From Epiperipatus broadwayi (taxonomy: Eukaryota; Animalia; Onychophora): a DNA stretch of 64,000 nucleotides. The notes beneath the pieces are model-generated. The model ran no database searches and was not told the origin of the DNA. It saw only the letters and a list, made by a program, of their open reading frames with translations. Numbering within the stretch: position 1 is the stretch's first letter; each line of letters starts with the position of its first letter. The stretch covers positions 19,034,001 through 19,098,000 of the forward strand of contig JAQFVV010000003.1 in assembly GCA_028023455.1 (NCBI GenBank). Direction: 5' to 3'. Position numbers and translations under genes: made by a program. Of the stretch, positions 51,159 to 64,000 are shown in pieces.

Positions 51159-52571
51159 TTAGATATATTATTAACGGAATCATATAAGAAGGGAAAATAT
51201 AGCATAGAAACATCAGTGTATAAAAAAATGAATGGGGATAGTAGTATAATGAATTGGAATTCTAATGTGGATAATAAATATAAGATAAAGTAGTATTAGT
51301 TTAAGAGTATATAGAGCTATTAATTATTGTTCAAATGAAGAAGAATATAAGAAATAGGTAGATTTAATAGTTAAAGAGAATGAATATCCAGAGAAAATAA
51401 TAGAGGAAAGTGTTAAAATATCAGAAAAAAGATATAAAGAAGAAAATGAAGAAGGAGAGATGGGAAAATGTAAGAAAGCATAAAAAAGGATGAATATATA
51501 GGTGTCAAAACATATAGTAATAATATGGTTAAGAACATTAATAAAATTATAAAAATTAATAAATATATTAAAGAAATAGAAAAACATAAATGGAGTATAT
51601 GAGATAGAATGTAGATCATGTAGGAATAATAAAATAACTAAATATGTAATGAAACGAAAAATTCAATGTACACAAGATTAATTCAGCATAGTTATGATAA
51701 AAAGTCATCAGTTTATGTGCATGCTATGGAAACAGGACATGTATTTGAGAGAGATAGCATAAGAATGATTGGACATACTAATAAAAGAAGAGATAAAAAA
51801 ATAAAAGAAGCTATATTAAGAAGATAAAACAAAATTTGAATAGAGATGGGGGGGGGATAAAGTCATTTTATTTATAGGAATATTAATAATGATAGAGAAA
51901 ATGTATACATATATATAGAATTTTGTAAAATAAAGTTTTAACATAGGGTAAATAGTTAAAGAAGTTGATAATAGAGGGAGTTGTATGAAAGGAGTATATG
52001 AAAAAGAGTCGGGATTTTGAAAAAAAATTCAGTTATAAGTTTAAAAGGAAGAGGAAGATTATGCAAGTGGTGAGTAAAATGAATAAGTGAATTATAAAAG
52101 GGAATAAAGATAGAAATAAAGATTATTAATAAAAGAAGTATAGATAAATATTAGAAAGGAAGGAAAGGAATTAGATTTATAGGTGTTAAAAGTAAAATAA
52201 AAAGATGATAAATATATTAGAGAGTAATATAGAATGATAGATAAGAAGAAACAGTAAAAGGAAAGTAGAATCAGTAAAGAAATAATTATTAGAAAAGAAG
52301 AGAAGTTAAGATATAGAGTTAAGAATAAAATATGATTATGAATAATAATGTAAAATTGTATTTTTATATATATATATTAATGGTTGTATGATTATATATT
52401 TAAATGTTGTAGCTCTGATGAAGACTGCGGGATAGTCAAAACTTAGAAAATTAAAGAAATTATATAAAAAAAGCATTGAAGTGTATATGTGGAGATTGAT
52501 TATAAGTACATATATATGAATATATGAAGGAATGCAAAAAAAAGTAAAGGAGAAGATAGAAGAATAATATT

Positions 52572-52666
52572 AATCATAAATTTTTAATAATAAAAATTCT
52601 TTAATTCTTTTTATTGCATTTCTCTCACTTAACTTAAAGAATTTTTATTATTTAAAATTTATGATT
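52572..52666. repeat. AT-rich hairpin with ~33-bp arms at the PLE 3' end
   Basis: aatcataaatttttaataataaaaattctttaa pairs with ttaaagaatttttattatttaaaatttatgatt. Confidence 0.7.
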
Positions 52667-53734
52667 CTGAAGCAATTAACTTATTTAAAAGTTATTTTAA
52701 TATTAAGGGTGTATGGTAAGTAAGTGGAATTGTGGCTAATGTTTAGTTTAACTTGAGAAGTCTACTTGTAGCAGTGAAACCATTGGTAGTGTTTTAGAGT
52801 GGGGTTTTTTTTTTTGGCTAGTCTGGTTATGAATTTGGGGTAATTTTGATTATTTATTTACTAGTTTAGCTTTATGCTTTTAATGTTTACATTTTAATGA
52901 GAATATGTGTAGCTTTATAGAAATCTTGAAGAAATAATAATGAATATTACAAAGCTTTTAAAGATGTGGAATATCTAGGAATTAGAAATATTGTCTCAGA
53001 AACTAGTCTCAGTCTTGACTCAAATTTGATGAAATAAATAGAACATTTTCATAGTTATTCTTTTGATTAAACTCACTATTTTTTAGTATTTATACTTAGC
53101 ATTATAAGTTGAAAAGACTAAATGAAGCAAAAGCCATCTAGTTTATTTCTCTATGTATTGGACAGTAATTAATACCTTTTTTCTCCACTAGCATTTAGTA
53201 GCTTTGTTAGATATTAGGTGGCAGTGTTAACAATTTCTATAAAACTTCTTACAACAAAAAGTGTGTTTGTACTTGATTTCTCAAAAATTTAAATAATAAA
53301 AAAATCTTATAGCCATTTTGTCAGGAGTATAAATAATGTTCAACCAATAAAGTAACAAGTTAAATATAATGATTTTATTTAATTGATCAAATTGAAAATT
53401 TTTGTTTTATTTTTTTGAAACTGGAAATCAATTCAGGAAACTAGCTTGACTCCATTTTTTTCATTTTTTTCCTGCAAATTGCCATTCTTTTTGACTAGGG
53501 AAAAAATCATTAACAGGAAGATTGTTTTGTATAGATAAATGCAATAGTAACTGTTTTTCTTTTAAATAAAACCTTTATTTATTTATTTTTTTATACAAAA
53601 TTTGACTATTTACAATTATATACATAAGCCATCCTTTTGATAATGTTGTATTTAATGTTCATATTGTTTGCACTTTGTATTTTTGAAAGTACCTTAAGCT
53701 GTTGTGAAAGTATGTGCTTTAATTGTTATTTAGA

Positions 53735-54480
53735 TTCCGTATGTAGAGGTTGCTATTATTTTAACAGTGGGGATCTTGTGATGTTTAGGGGTTTAATATC
53801 AGTCTTGAACATGGGATGATTGTGATTATGGTTATTAAAGAACCAGACACCAAAATGTATAGATACTGGACTGCTGAGTTCAGATCTGTATGACTATACC
53901 AGTAAATGAGCTTCGATTGAATCATTTTGGACTGACCGCTAGATGCAGAGTTCTCAGATCCAAGGTTCCTCACTGATGAAAGTCACAAGCTAGAAAATAG
54001 TCGGGAATATTGGATAAAAAGGCACTAGATAGGGATTTTATGCATAAATCTTCTTGCATCCATTGATTACAATGGCTTGCACTGGCTGGCATTACTGTAT
54101 GGAGAGTTTGCTACTGTTTTGACAGCTTGTGTAAGCATAGGAAATAGTGATCATGTAATGTTTAGTGCTTTAACATCTTAATATATAATTACTGAATATC
54201 TATATGATTATACAAGCAAGCAGGTTGATTTAGATTGAAACATTTTTATGTTTTGAAATTTTATAACTTGATAGTTAAAAAGAGAGATAAATGATGGCTG
54301 CTAGAAAGTGCATTAGATTCTAAAGGTCCAAATACATTGTCCCAAGATACAAAGCTCCTCACTGAAGAAAAGCTATAAACTTTAAACTAGTCTGGAGCTC
54401 TTGGATAGAACAGTACTGAATAAGTATTTATTAATTACTATCATCTATTAATTACTAAAGCTTACAATAAGTGCCATGGC
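53735..54480 (+). mobile_element. Retrozyme-like family A tandem (~1.9 monomers)
   Basis: First HHR: CTGATGA 53973-53979, agt-cacaa-gct, GAAAa-ta-GTC 54000-54002. Second HHR: CTGAAGA 54362, taaac-ta-GTC 54390-54392. Spacing 390 nt. Confidence 0.85.
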
Positions 54481-55000
54481 ATTGATGTCTGAAGAAACTT
54501 ATTTCAGATATTATTAGAAGTTTTTGTTGTGACCTATTTAGAGTTATAATTAGGAAAGATTTTAGTGTTGTTTGATGTCAGATAATGTCTTTGTACCGAT
54601 CACCAATTATCAGGTTAATTTAATAGTCTGAATATAGGATTCCATAAATGCATACTGATTTGAAAAGTTCTGAGAATCTTGTAATTTTTTATTGTTTTAT
54701 ATTTTTAAAATTGTTTCTAGGAATTATATTCAGAGATTAGTTAATTTAGGATTTCTAATAGATTTTATTTTAAAATTGCTTCTTTTTTTTTACATGAATT
54801 GTAGCTTCTTGAATTCTTAGGAATAAATTTACTGCTTTTTTTTATTTTTTTATTGCATGATGAGATAATAAATGTTTGTGACTTTTTTTTAGTGCTCTTA
54901 TTTTGGAATTGATATTTTCTATAGAAGTTGGTCTTATGTTTTTTAATGTTGAGTGGTCAATTTATTTTTTCATATTGATTATAGTGCTTCCATAAAGGAG

Positions 55001-55215
55001 GAGCTCAATATAATCAGCATTTATGCACTGATGATAGAATTAAGTCTGATGTTGAGTATGATTTATTCTGTGATATATTTTCTTTTTCCCTTGAGCTCAA
55101 TATAATCAGCATTCGTGCATTGATGATAGAATTAAGTCTAATGTTGAGTATTTGTATGTTCAATATCTTAAACTCTCACGTGATTTATTCTGTAGTATTT
55201 TTTTCTTTTTTTTCC
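55001..55215 (+). repeat. Two-copy ~92-bp tandem duplication
   Basis: gagctcaatataatcagcatt..tgca.tgatgatagaattaagtct.atgttgagtat at 55001 and 55093. Confidence 0.8.
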
Positions 55216-57660
55216 TGTTATGTGGCTTTCATAATGTGTTATGTCACCTTGTATATTTATAAATTTCCATTTTTAGCTTTTGCAAGTATATGCATTATTG
55301 TATAAGTCTAATTCTATATCTTCTGCTTTTATTTAAAATTATTGATTATATTTTAACTGCTGATTATATTTTGATTGGTATTAGTTTGTTTTTTTTTTGT
55401 CTGATTTTCTTAATGTATTTAGTCATGTAAGTGTCATTTTTTTTTTTTTGTAGATTTTGATTTCTTGTTCTACGTTATCTTAATGCTTATAGCATTGATT
55501 GTATGTCTTGTATTTGAGTCTCTTGACAAAAAATTTTGAAGCATTTTTATCATTTTTTTATTTTATGCCATACTATACAATTGACTAGTGTGTATTTTTA
55601 GTATAATATTAGCTAATATCAAAATACTTGATCTCATGTAAAAACAATGCTATCCTGTATGATATTTAGTAAGTGGTTAAGATTTCTCTTTTCATATCTG
55701 TCTATAAGTATTTGTTCCATAAGGCATGTTAATTCTATAGTAGTTTTGGTATTAGTTATTTTATGTCTTAAAATGAAAAATCTATTAGTGGTTTTGTTTT
55801 TTAAATAAGATCTCAAAATTTTATATCTATAAATGTGTTAAGCTAAAGAGGTTATTAAGTTTTTTTTTTTTTAGAGTTAATCCCTGTACTCTCGGTCAAA
55901 AAACCAACAACTTCATAGTATAATATTTTTCCAGTGTTTTCACTACCTTTTTATTGCTCAATGAAATATACTGGGGTGTTGTTTTGTTTTTGTTTTTTGT
56001 ACTTTTTCTTGCCTTCATAAAAGATTGCTTAATCTGCCGTCTGTATAAAAGATTTAAAAAATCTTTAATGAAAATTGCAAGTTTACCTAAAATAGAAGAA
56101 TAAAAGAGAAAAAAATTACTTAAATAAGCACAAAAAAGAGAATGGTGCCTTATTAATTTTTAAAATTCAGATTTTGATATTTGTTCACATTATTTGTGAT
56201 TATATTTGGGGATATTTAAATATTTATCTTACTTTGTATTATATTTTGCGATTAAATATGTTGGTAATTTTTGTTTGCTCTGTTTTTTGAGTCATTCAAA
56301 TTTTGTATTTCGTTCAGATAGAATTTTGGGAATATTATATAGTATATGCAATGTGGTATATAGTTACTTCCTGTATCTCTAGTCAGGTTATTCCACTGTG
56401 GTGTGCTCTATAAAACAGATGTTATTCTGTATTATAAAAAAAACAAAATTGGTGATATTTTTGGGATATAATGATTAGCTATCAATATTACTAAATAGGA
56501 AGATCTAAAATAGTATATTATACTGGTAAGAGTTTTTTTTTTTATCAGTGTTGTTTAAATCAACTGATCATAATTGTTCTTGATTTTTGGAGTGATTTAT
56601 TCTCGAGTTATGCAATACAATATTTTTATTATCTCTACATTTGGTTACTGAGAAAGCTGTAATCACTTATTGCAACTAAATCTATGATAATCCTAAAAAT
56701 ATTAGAGACTATACAAATGCATGTTGTAGATCTGAAATAAAGAAATTAGTCTTAAATAAGCATAAAAATGTTATCTTACTATTTTTGTAACAATTATGGT
56801 AATAGCACATTGCATATAGATATGTTATAGTTTAAATAATTTGTTTAAAAATTCTCATGAAAAAATTTACTGAAACATTTTATAGATGTGTAATTTTGCA
56901 AAAGTTTACAGATAGATACCAATTGAGATCAGAAAAAATACAATAAAACAAAATAAATTGAAAAGCACTATTACAGATATCCTATATACAGAGTGTGCTA
57001 GAAGTTTTGTCCTACAAACATTATAATTTGTTTATATATATATTTAAAATTGCTTTATTGCATTATGGTTTATAAATTCACAATAGAAGAAACAGTCGAT
57101 ATTGTTTCTACATAAGGACTGAACTGTATAATAATCAGTGGGTTGAAGAGTGTCAGTCATAGAATAATTGGTAAATTGATTGTTTCAGAGAGACAAGAAA
57201 TGTTTATGATTGTTAATTGAGTAACTATATGCATACTATATGTTTGGAATCAATAGTAATTTGAGATTATCATTTATTTTACTGCTTTAACTATAATAAA
57301 AAAAGAAAATCATAAACTGAGCTATTGGTTTTGATATTGATGCTTGCCACTGCTTAAGTATTTGTTATTTCCCAGTCAGTTTTACCCTCCTCCAAAAAAA
57401 AAAAAAAACAGTGACAAAGGGGCATTATTTTTATCTTTGTTTTATTTTCTAACTAAGAATAGATAGATACTGATTTGTCAACAAATAATTTAGCTGGTGG
57501 TTGTATTATCTTATTGAAAGAAAAAATCTCAAGTCTTGTTGGAGTAAAATGGAATATGTATAAAAAAATTATTGTACTAAAATAAAATGAGTGTGCTAAT
57601 AACTCTAACCAAGCTTTATCGATAAATGCCTCAAGAGAAAGCATTTAAAATCTCTATTTA

Positions 57661-57720
57661 GAAATATCCCCAAACTGGTTTCAAGCTATTGGCTATCCTC
57701 AGGAGGCGCTAGGATATTTC
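57661..57720 (-). ncRNA. Type I hammerhead-like motif (family B)
   Basis: gaaatatcctagcgcctc-CTGAGGA-tagccaatagctt-GAAAC-ca-GTT-tggggatatttc. The terminal gaaatat/atatttc pair closes stem I. Confidence 0.75.
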
Positions 57721-58068
57721 AGGTACAAGATCTAAAATATCAACTCAATGCCAGCACTTACCTAATACTTAACTATTAAGTAGAATGTGAAATTTTCAAA
57801 CCCCTATATGTCTTCAAATCCAGCTATCTAACTTAAATAACTATATGGATCTGAAAACTCTTCAGCTACACCATATATTTATGACTTGAGCAATATAACA
57901 TTGCTTAAGACTTAAAAAGCAACAATATAATAATAAATATGATCAAGCCATACATCACGTGACTTAACTTGATAAGCTTGTAATTAATAAAATAAAATAA
58001 TGAGCACGCTAATAATTCTAACCAAGCCTTATCGATAAATGCCTCAAGAGAAAATCTAGAAACATTCT

Positions 58069-58125
58069 CATCCCCAAAGCAGTTTCAAACTATTGGCTAT
58101 CTTCAGCGAGGCATTAGGATATTTC
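58069..58125 (-). ncRNA. Type I hammerhead-like motif (family B), second copy
   Basis: gaaatatcctaatgcctcg-CTGAAGA-tagccaatagttt-GAAAC-tg-CTT-tggggatg. Stem I cctcg/tgggg; cleavage triplet mutated. Confidence 0.7.
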
Positions 58126-60624
58126 AGAAACTAGACCTAAAATACCAACTCAAACCCAGTACTTATCTAATACTTAACTATTAAGTAGAAAATCTGAAAT
58201 TTTCAGACACCTATATGTCTTCAAATTCAGCTATCTAACTTAAATAACTATATGGGTCTGAAAAATTTTCAACTACTCCATAAATTAATTATTGTATTGT
58301 TTATATATATCTAGTGTTAAAAGTATTTTCTGGATTTTTAATAGGTGGAGAAATATAAAATTGTCAAATTATGATATTTCATATATAGGGAAAGAGAGGA
58401 AATCATATTTTTGTATAATATTAAATGTAAAATAAAACTTTTAGACAATTACTTTACTTAAAAAGTAAATAGATAATCAGTAGATGAAATTTAGGAATAA
58501 GATTTATGGTCTACATTCATTCTGAAATGATTTAAACAAAATAGAGATGGATTGATATAGGGTTAAGTGATAAAAACCAATAAGTCACTAGTATCATATT
58601 GCTGGACAATGACTTCCCCAGCATTTCTTTATGTAAAAGTTCACACGGAACTTGCAATGATCTCCAACTTGAATATGAATTTTAAATCATAGACATAGTA
58701 GATAGATAGATACTATTGTCATAGTTTCCTATATTTCCTTTGTTAGTAAAGATATCTTTATATTTGTAAGTGATTTTATAATGCTTGTTAAATTTCTCTT
58801 TAAGTACAGAAATAAGTATAATTTGAAAATTTTTAATATTGTTTTTTTTTCTTCTAATATCAGTATCTGTAATCAGTTAAAGGTTTTACATGCAATTTCT
58901 GAATAGAGAAATCTTCCGAATGTGCTTAAAAAAGCAATCATTATAATTTAATAAGAAAAGCGTGTTGTAATTCAAACATTTTTTTTTAGAAGAAAAGCAT
59001 ACTGTGAACTTAATTTTACAAACATTCTGTTTTATCCTCCTTCCCAAAAATTAAAAATACGTAAAAAGTTTTTTTTGTTAACATTAATGTAATTTCGTAT
59101 TATGACGCTATAATTCAAAAAATGATTTCCTAATTTTTACTTGTGACTTAGTTTTCGAAAGAATTACCATCCTTTAATTAAAATTTTGAATTTTATTTAT
59201 TACGTCTAGTGATCGGCAATTTTCCTATTTAATTTTCTAATTCTTAATAGATATTTAAATTTTTTTTAAGTTTAATGCTCGTTTTTAGCAAGCACTTCCA
59301 AATCTTGTTAATATATTAGAACAGAAGATGTATATAAGACTGAATGTTAGAAAACTGGTAGCATTCTTCTCATCTGGATTGGATAATATCATTAGAGGTA
59401 AATTTTTTATTTATTTTTTGTTGTTGTACATATGTTTATAATTAGAGTATCTTTATATAGTTTATAAATTCTTTCAGATTCAAATTGTAAGAAAATATAC
59501 ACAAGTTATGTAATCAAGTTAATTATATTACTTAATGTAATATTGCATAGACACATATAAAATGTAGCTTGCACCAACGAAGGTGTGCTTATAGTGTCTC
59601 TTCCAGATCCAGAAATAACAATAATTGTAGTTATTAAATAAAATCAGTAGCTGGTAAATGGTATTGTTTGTGACTTATAACAAATCATTAAAATATGTAA
59701 TAGTTGATCTAAGAACTATTAGCTATGCAAGCTAGTTGGTGTTGTCAGAACTTTAGTTTATTTGGATTTTCAAAAGATTGGTTTTAAGTAATAGGTTAAA
59801 AGTAAAAAGGGCCATTGAGGAAAGTTGGGGGGGGGGGGGATATTCAGTTAGTTAGAAACTGATTATAAGAATTCAATTGTTATACTTTAGTATCCATTGA
59901 GTGCTTTGATTGCTGAAGTTGGAAGAGAGATGCAAATGCTATCTAATTATAATATGCAAATAGAAAAGATCTGTGAAATTTAAATGCATTCACAAATACA
60001 AAAATTTAAAAATAACTAATTTGTCATTATTTACCAAAATAAAGCATTACATTATTCTCTCAAGCCAAATCTTCATATGATATTATTCTTTTAGTTTCCT
60101 AAATTGCTTTAAGTTCACAGTGAGCAATTTTTTCACTTATAGATACTAATGCAAACATTAATGTTTGAGGGAATTTCCTTGCTATTGCTTTCAAGTTTCT
60201 GTTAACAAATTAACACATTGAATGAAAACAAAAAAAGTTTGGTATTGCCAGGTATAAAAGGACAGTTTTGTGAGAATTTCCAAAATGTCAAAGATATTTG
60301 CATTTGATTTATAATTAAGGTTAATAAAATAAAGTGATTTTAAACTGATTTCAAACAGCAGCTAAACAAGCAATGTGACTTAGTTTAAAACTTGGTACGA
60401 GAAAGCTTTCAAGAGATTGACTTTGATAACAGAATGAGAAAAATAAGGAGTTACTTTCACGTGAATCAAAAACTTGAAAATGATTATGGGAGTCTTTTTT
60501 TTTTTTTTTGCATTACCATTTAGTAAGCTTCTGTTGACTAAATTGTTTTCATTATTAGGTATAATGTTTCTACAATAGTATTGTTTGTGCTCTTCTTAAA
60601 CATTTAAAAAACTTGCAGACTCCT

Positions 60625-60980
60625 CTGACTGAAATTTGACATTTCACTATTATTTATCCAAAATCTAATGATGGAAGTTGGAATTTTTTCATGCAACTGA
60701 AGATTCTTTAAGCAAGCCTTTGACCAACAAAACTAGTCATTAAATTTTAATGGATAAATGGTTATTTAATTATTCTTAGTTGGAGGGTAAAATAATTAAG
60801 AATAAAATGAAATCACTGCTTTCAGATTTGGCATTTCACTATTGTTTACCCAAAATCTAATGATGGAGTTGGAATTTTTTCATGTAATTGAAGATGTTTT
60901 AAACAAGCCTTTGAGCAACACAACTATTCATTAAATTTTAGTGGGTAAATGGTTATCTATTTATTTTTGGTTAAAGGGTA
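60625..60980 (+). repeat. Two-copy ~197-bp tandem repeat
   Basis: attt.acatttcactatt.ttta.ccaaaatctaatgatgga..ttggaattttt..caagcctttga.caaca.aacta.tcattaaatttta.tgg.taaatggttat occurs twice. Confidence 0.8.
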
Positions 60981-63174
60981 ATGATTCCAAAGTAATTGGA
61001 TTTGGTCAGATTTAACTAAAGCAGTATAATATTGTGGCCTTGTTAGGGAGATATCAAATTCTTAAGAAAACTGTGCAGATTAATCTTTATTTCTAATCTT
61101 GTCATCCATTGATTTGGTAGACATCATTTTGACTCAGTCTCACTATTCTCTATAATTATTATCCTGTGTGTTTTCATCTTCCATATATTCTTTTTTTTTT
61201 TTTTTGGTTTATCTCTTCTATTCCATTTTTTATTTGAACAGTATCCAAATATGCTGATCAGATATAAAATGCATTTCTTTTTACCATAATATTAATCAAA
61301 TTTTTAGTTTATTCAAAACTTCTGTGAGTTGTGATGATAAAGGGGGATTATTTCATAGTTAATATGGTATTTGCTTTTACTTTTACAACTCAAAACGCTT
61401 GCAATTTTTTTTTACCTTAATCTCTTACATTATCTAAGTTTTAAAACAGCAGAATATTTCCCAGATGTTACTTTTTATCTTTTTTTTTTTATAATTGTCA
61501 TAGATTTCTTTTTTGTCTGTGTGTGATATCAATAATCTGCTTCATATCACTGTTAAATGCAGATTAAGTTTAAGATTTTGAAATTATTGAGGTTTTTTTT
61601 TTTTTATACAACTCTACATGTCAAAAGTTTATTGCTTCTTTCTTATATTGTTTATTTAATTTCCAAGATTGACAAGTCAACTTTGTATGGACATTTTCCC
61701 ATCAGAAATATGCTTGTTTGTTTTCTCTTTTGCCTATTATAATTTTACTTTTTTTCTGTTCATTTTCTTGTATAAATAGGTATAACTAGTGCTTATACAT
61801 CTAAAATGTTAATCTTAACAGGGCTATCTTTTAGATGATTTTATTATTGAGGCTGCATAGAACTTTTAATAATGTTTTCTATATATAATGTTACTATTAT
61901 CTGTTATAATGATAAAAACCAGAAAAGCAGTTTGGGAAATTTGGGATTACATTGCACTTACCATATGATAACCAGCGATTTTATTCAAGCTTGCATTAGT
62001 TGGAGCTACAGTAAAGAAAAGAGAATTGCTCGCCTGCTTTTTATTATTTGTAATGGAAGGAGAACCTAAAAAATTGGATGTTAAGATTATACTGAAGTGT
62101 CGCATGAGTTTTATTTAATAAATTAAATATTAATTAATACTGCTTTGTACATGGAGAAAATATTGAAAACATTAACCATTATATTCAAAATGAAACTGGA
62201 AATTTATTTTGAATATATTCATTTATATAAATAGATGATTTTTTATATTTTTTCCAAACTTACTATATATGGCCCTATAGTAGAATAGATAAGAGTAGTG
62301 TGTCAAATATATAGGAAATATCTATTTCATTTAAATTTTTAAAAAAAAACTTGTACAAACTTTTAACTTAATGCAAATAATTTAAAGAGTCAATTTTTAA
62401 TAGAAGGAAGAGAAAAACAACTAAATAAAAACTGCGTAATCAGGAAAAATGAGTACTGTTTGAATAAAGTGAGTAGTACTGATATCCATTGGGATAATTA
62501 GTAAAGGGGTCTTGGCAAAAAGAATAAGTTGAATAAAGAAATCATACAGAGAAACAGATTGAATTAATGAAACAAGCTCACATAATAATAATGATCATGA
62601 TATTTCATGGAGTGAGAAAAGGATTGGAGGGTTGAAATAAGAGATGAATCTGTGATTAATCAAATCTCCAAATAAAGTAGAGCAAGTGATATATCTGAAT
62701 TATGAGAGAAATATTCAGTATAAGTCTGTCATTTCTGAATATTTTATATATAGAAAAACTTTCAAAGGAAAATATAAACTTATTCTAAACATACCATCAT
62801 CACAAATCTTCAGGTAAACATTATTCTAAAAACTTTTAATAAATAATTTAAAATTGCAAATATTTTAATATTATAAAAAGTTAATAATAGTTAACATTAT
62901 TTAAAATAATCTAATTTAAATCAATTGTATTAATTTTAGAATAGTTACTAGTCTGCAACTATTTCTGATTCCTCCTGGTGATTATTTTAAAACAAATTAA
63001 TGTTATTGAGAGACAAAAAAAAGTGGGAGAAAGAGGGACTATATTTACTTTATTGATTTTATTTTGAAAAACTATTTTATAGAATAAATTGGGTTATTTT
63101 GATGGTTATTTTGTATAGAAAATATGTAGATTAGAGGAGAGATATCTTTTAAATAAATTTCTGTGTATTAAACC

Positions 63175-63410
63175 ACTAAAAAGATGAAAGGTGGTTGCTG
63201 GAGAGTTGCATTAGATCCAAAGATTTATATGTAGTGTTCTCAAATCCAAGGCTTCTCACTGATGAAAGCCATAAACTAAAAACTAGTCTGGGATATTTAA
63301 TGATTAAACAGTAGATAGAGATTTTGATTGCACAAACCTAGTCTCCATGGATTACTATGGCTTGCACTGGGTGGCATTACTGTATGTTGAGAGTTGCTAC
63401 TATTTTAAAT
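63175..63410 (+). mobile_element. Retrozyme-like family A partial monomer
   Basis: ctcaaatccaaggcttctca-CTGATGA(63259-63265)-aagccataaacta-aAAAC-ta-GTC(63286-63288)-tgggatatt, followed by the family 3' region cttgcactgggtggcattactgtatg. G12A. Confidence 0.85.
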
Positions 63411-64000
63411 TTCTAAGTAATGGAAATATATAAATATAACTGTTGAGAATGGAGTCATAATGCCTGTATGTATATATATAAATAAAATAGCTTAAAATTA
63501 AGCAAATCAACAAGGTTTAAAGTAAATAAAATTAGGAATGTTATCTTATCGTAGTGTTAAAATAATTAATATATAAATTATTATATGAATGTAAACAATG
63601 TATACCATATACCTTGTATGTACGTTTAAAGGACAATGTGCAACATGAATTATTTCATCAACTTATATGTTAATTCATAGTATTTATTAAAATCTTAGGA
63701 AGAAGATACTTTAACTATTAGTGAAACTATTTCTAGTGTGTATAAAATTCAATTTTTAAAAAAATATCAAGCAAAATATCTATTAATTTTACTTCTTTAA
63801 ATATATGCTCACAGATAAATCGGAACCAGAAATATAATTGTTTGATTATGGAGGAGATAGTGTATTGTTTGAGAGGAACTAGAAGTTTATTAGATAAAAT
63901 AAATATTTCATTTGTGTAATTTCACATTTTAAAAAATATAAGTTAAGATTCAATTTTAGCATTGAAAAGCCAAAAGATGCATTAAGTTATTAATAATGTT

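Larger units (their letters stand above)
48346..52696 (+). mobile_element. Penelope-like element (RT plus GIY-YIG endonuclease), decayed, with direct pseudo-LTRs
   Basis: pLTRs ~48346-48790 and ~52140-52570. RT ARIYGAPKIYKERVPLRPVI, VDIVSLYTN, FEFNGEYF..G..LSGILSNIYM, RYV(D)DY, LSYLDILL..TSVYKK. GIY-YIG GVYEIECRSC..Y and HAMETGH (~51590-51830). ttaatattaa flanks both ends. Confidence 0.93.
57577..58286 (-). mobile_element. Retrozyme-like family B tandem (~1.75 monomers of ~405-413 nt)
   Basis: Direct repeat (ctaaccaagc at 57605 and 58018). Minus-strand HHR-like motifs at 57661-57720 and 58069-58125, GAAA spacing 404 nt. Candidate TSD aattattgta (57567-57576, 58287-58296). Confidence 0.85.

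Noticed and set aside
49011-51619. Long hydrophobic F/I/L/S-rich minus-strand ORFs (49011-49586, 50069-50311, 51324-51619)
   Set aside because: Antisense shadows of the purine-rich PLE coding strand.
55001-55215. TGATGA and CTGA motifs suggesting a C/D snoRNA or hammerhead
   Set aside because: No terminal D box at the right spacing, and no stem II or GAAA.
59310-62090. Exon-like open stretches (e.g. YPLSALIAEVGREMQMLSNYNMQIEKICEI at 59891-59983)
   Set aside because: A host gene is possible, but I found no consistent splice chain or recognisable family.

Overview
Very AT-rich, repeat-dense metazoan (probably invertebrate) genomic DNA. There is one clear host gene, a ubiquitin-specific protease with an N-terminal hydrophobic segment (minus strand, two predicted coding exons, 36014-38723). 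The rest is mostly decayed mobile DNA: two Ty3/Gypsy LTR elements, a Penelope-like element (PLE), several LINE/RTE fragments, a Merlin DNA transposon and a 3.1 kb foldback element. The most striking signal is not in the ORF track. I read 19 hammerhead-ribozyme (HHR)-like motifs in the window. Thirteen belong to two related families of ~400-nt non-coding tandem repeats, each monomer carrying a type I HHR (non-LTR retrozyme-like). These occur as TSD-flanked insertions with a recurrent Penelope-style 'inverted end plus tail' layout, and one sits inside the RT of the local PLE. The other six are PLE-type minimal HHRs, one in a mini-element inserted into the PLE's catalytic YVDD motif. All alignments and folds were done by eye; no database search or folding program was run.
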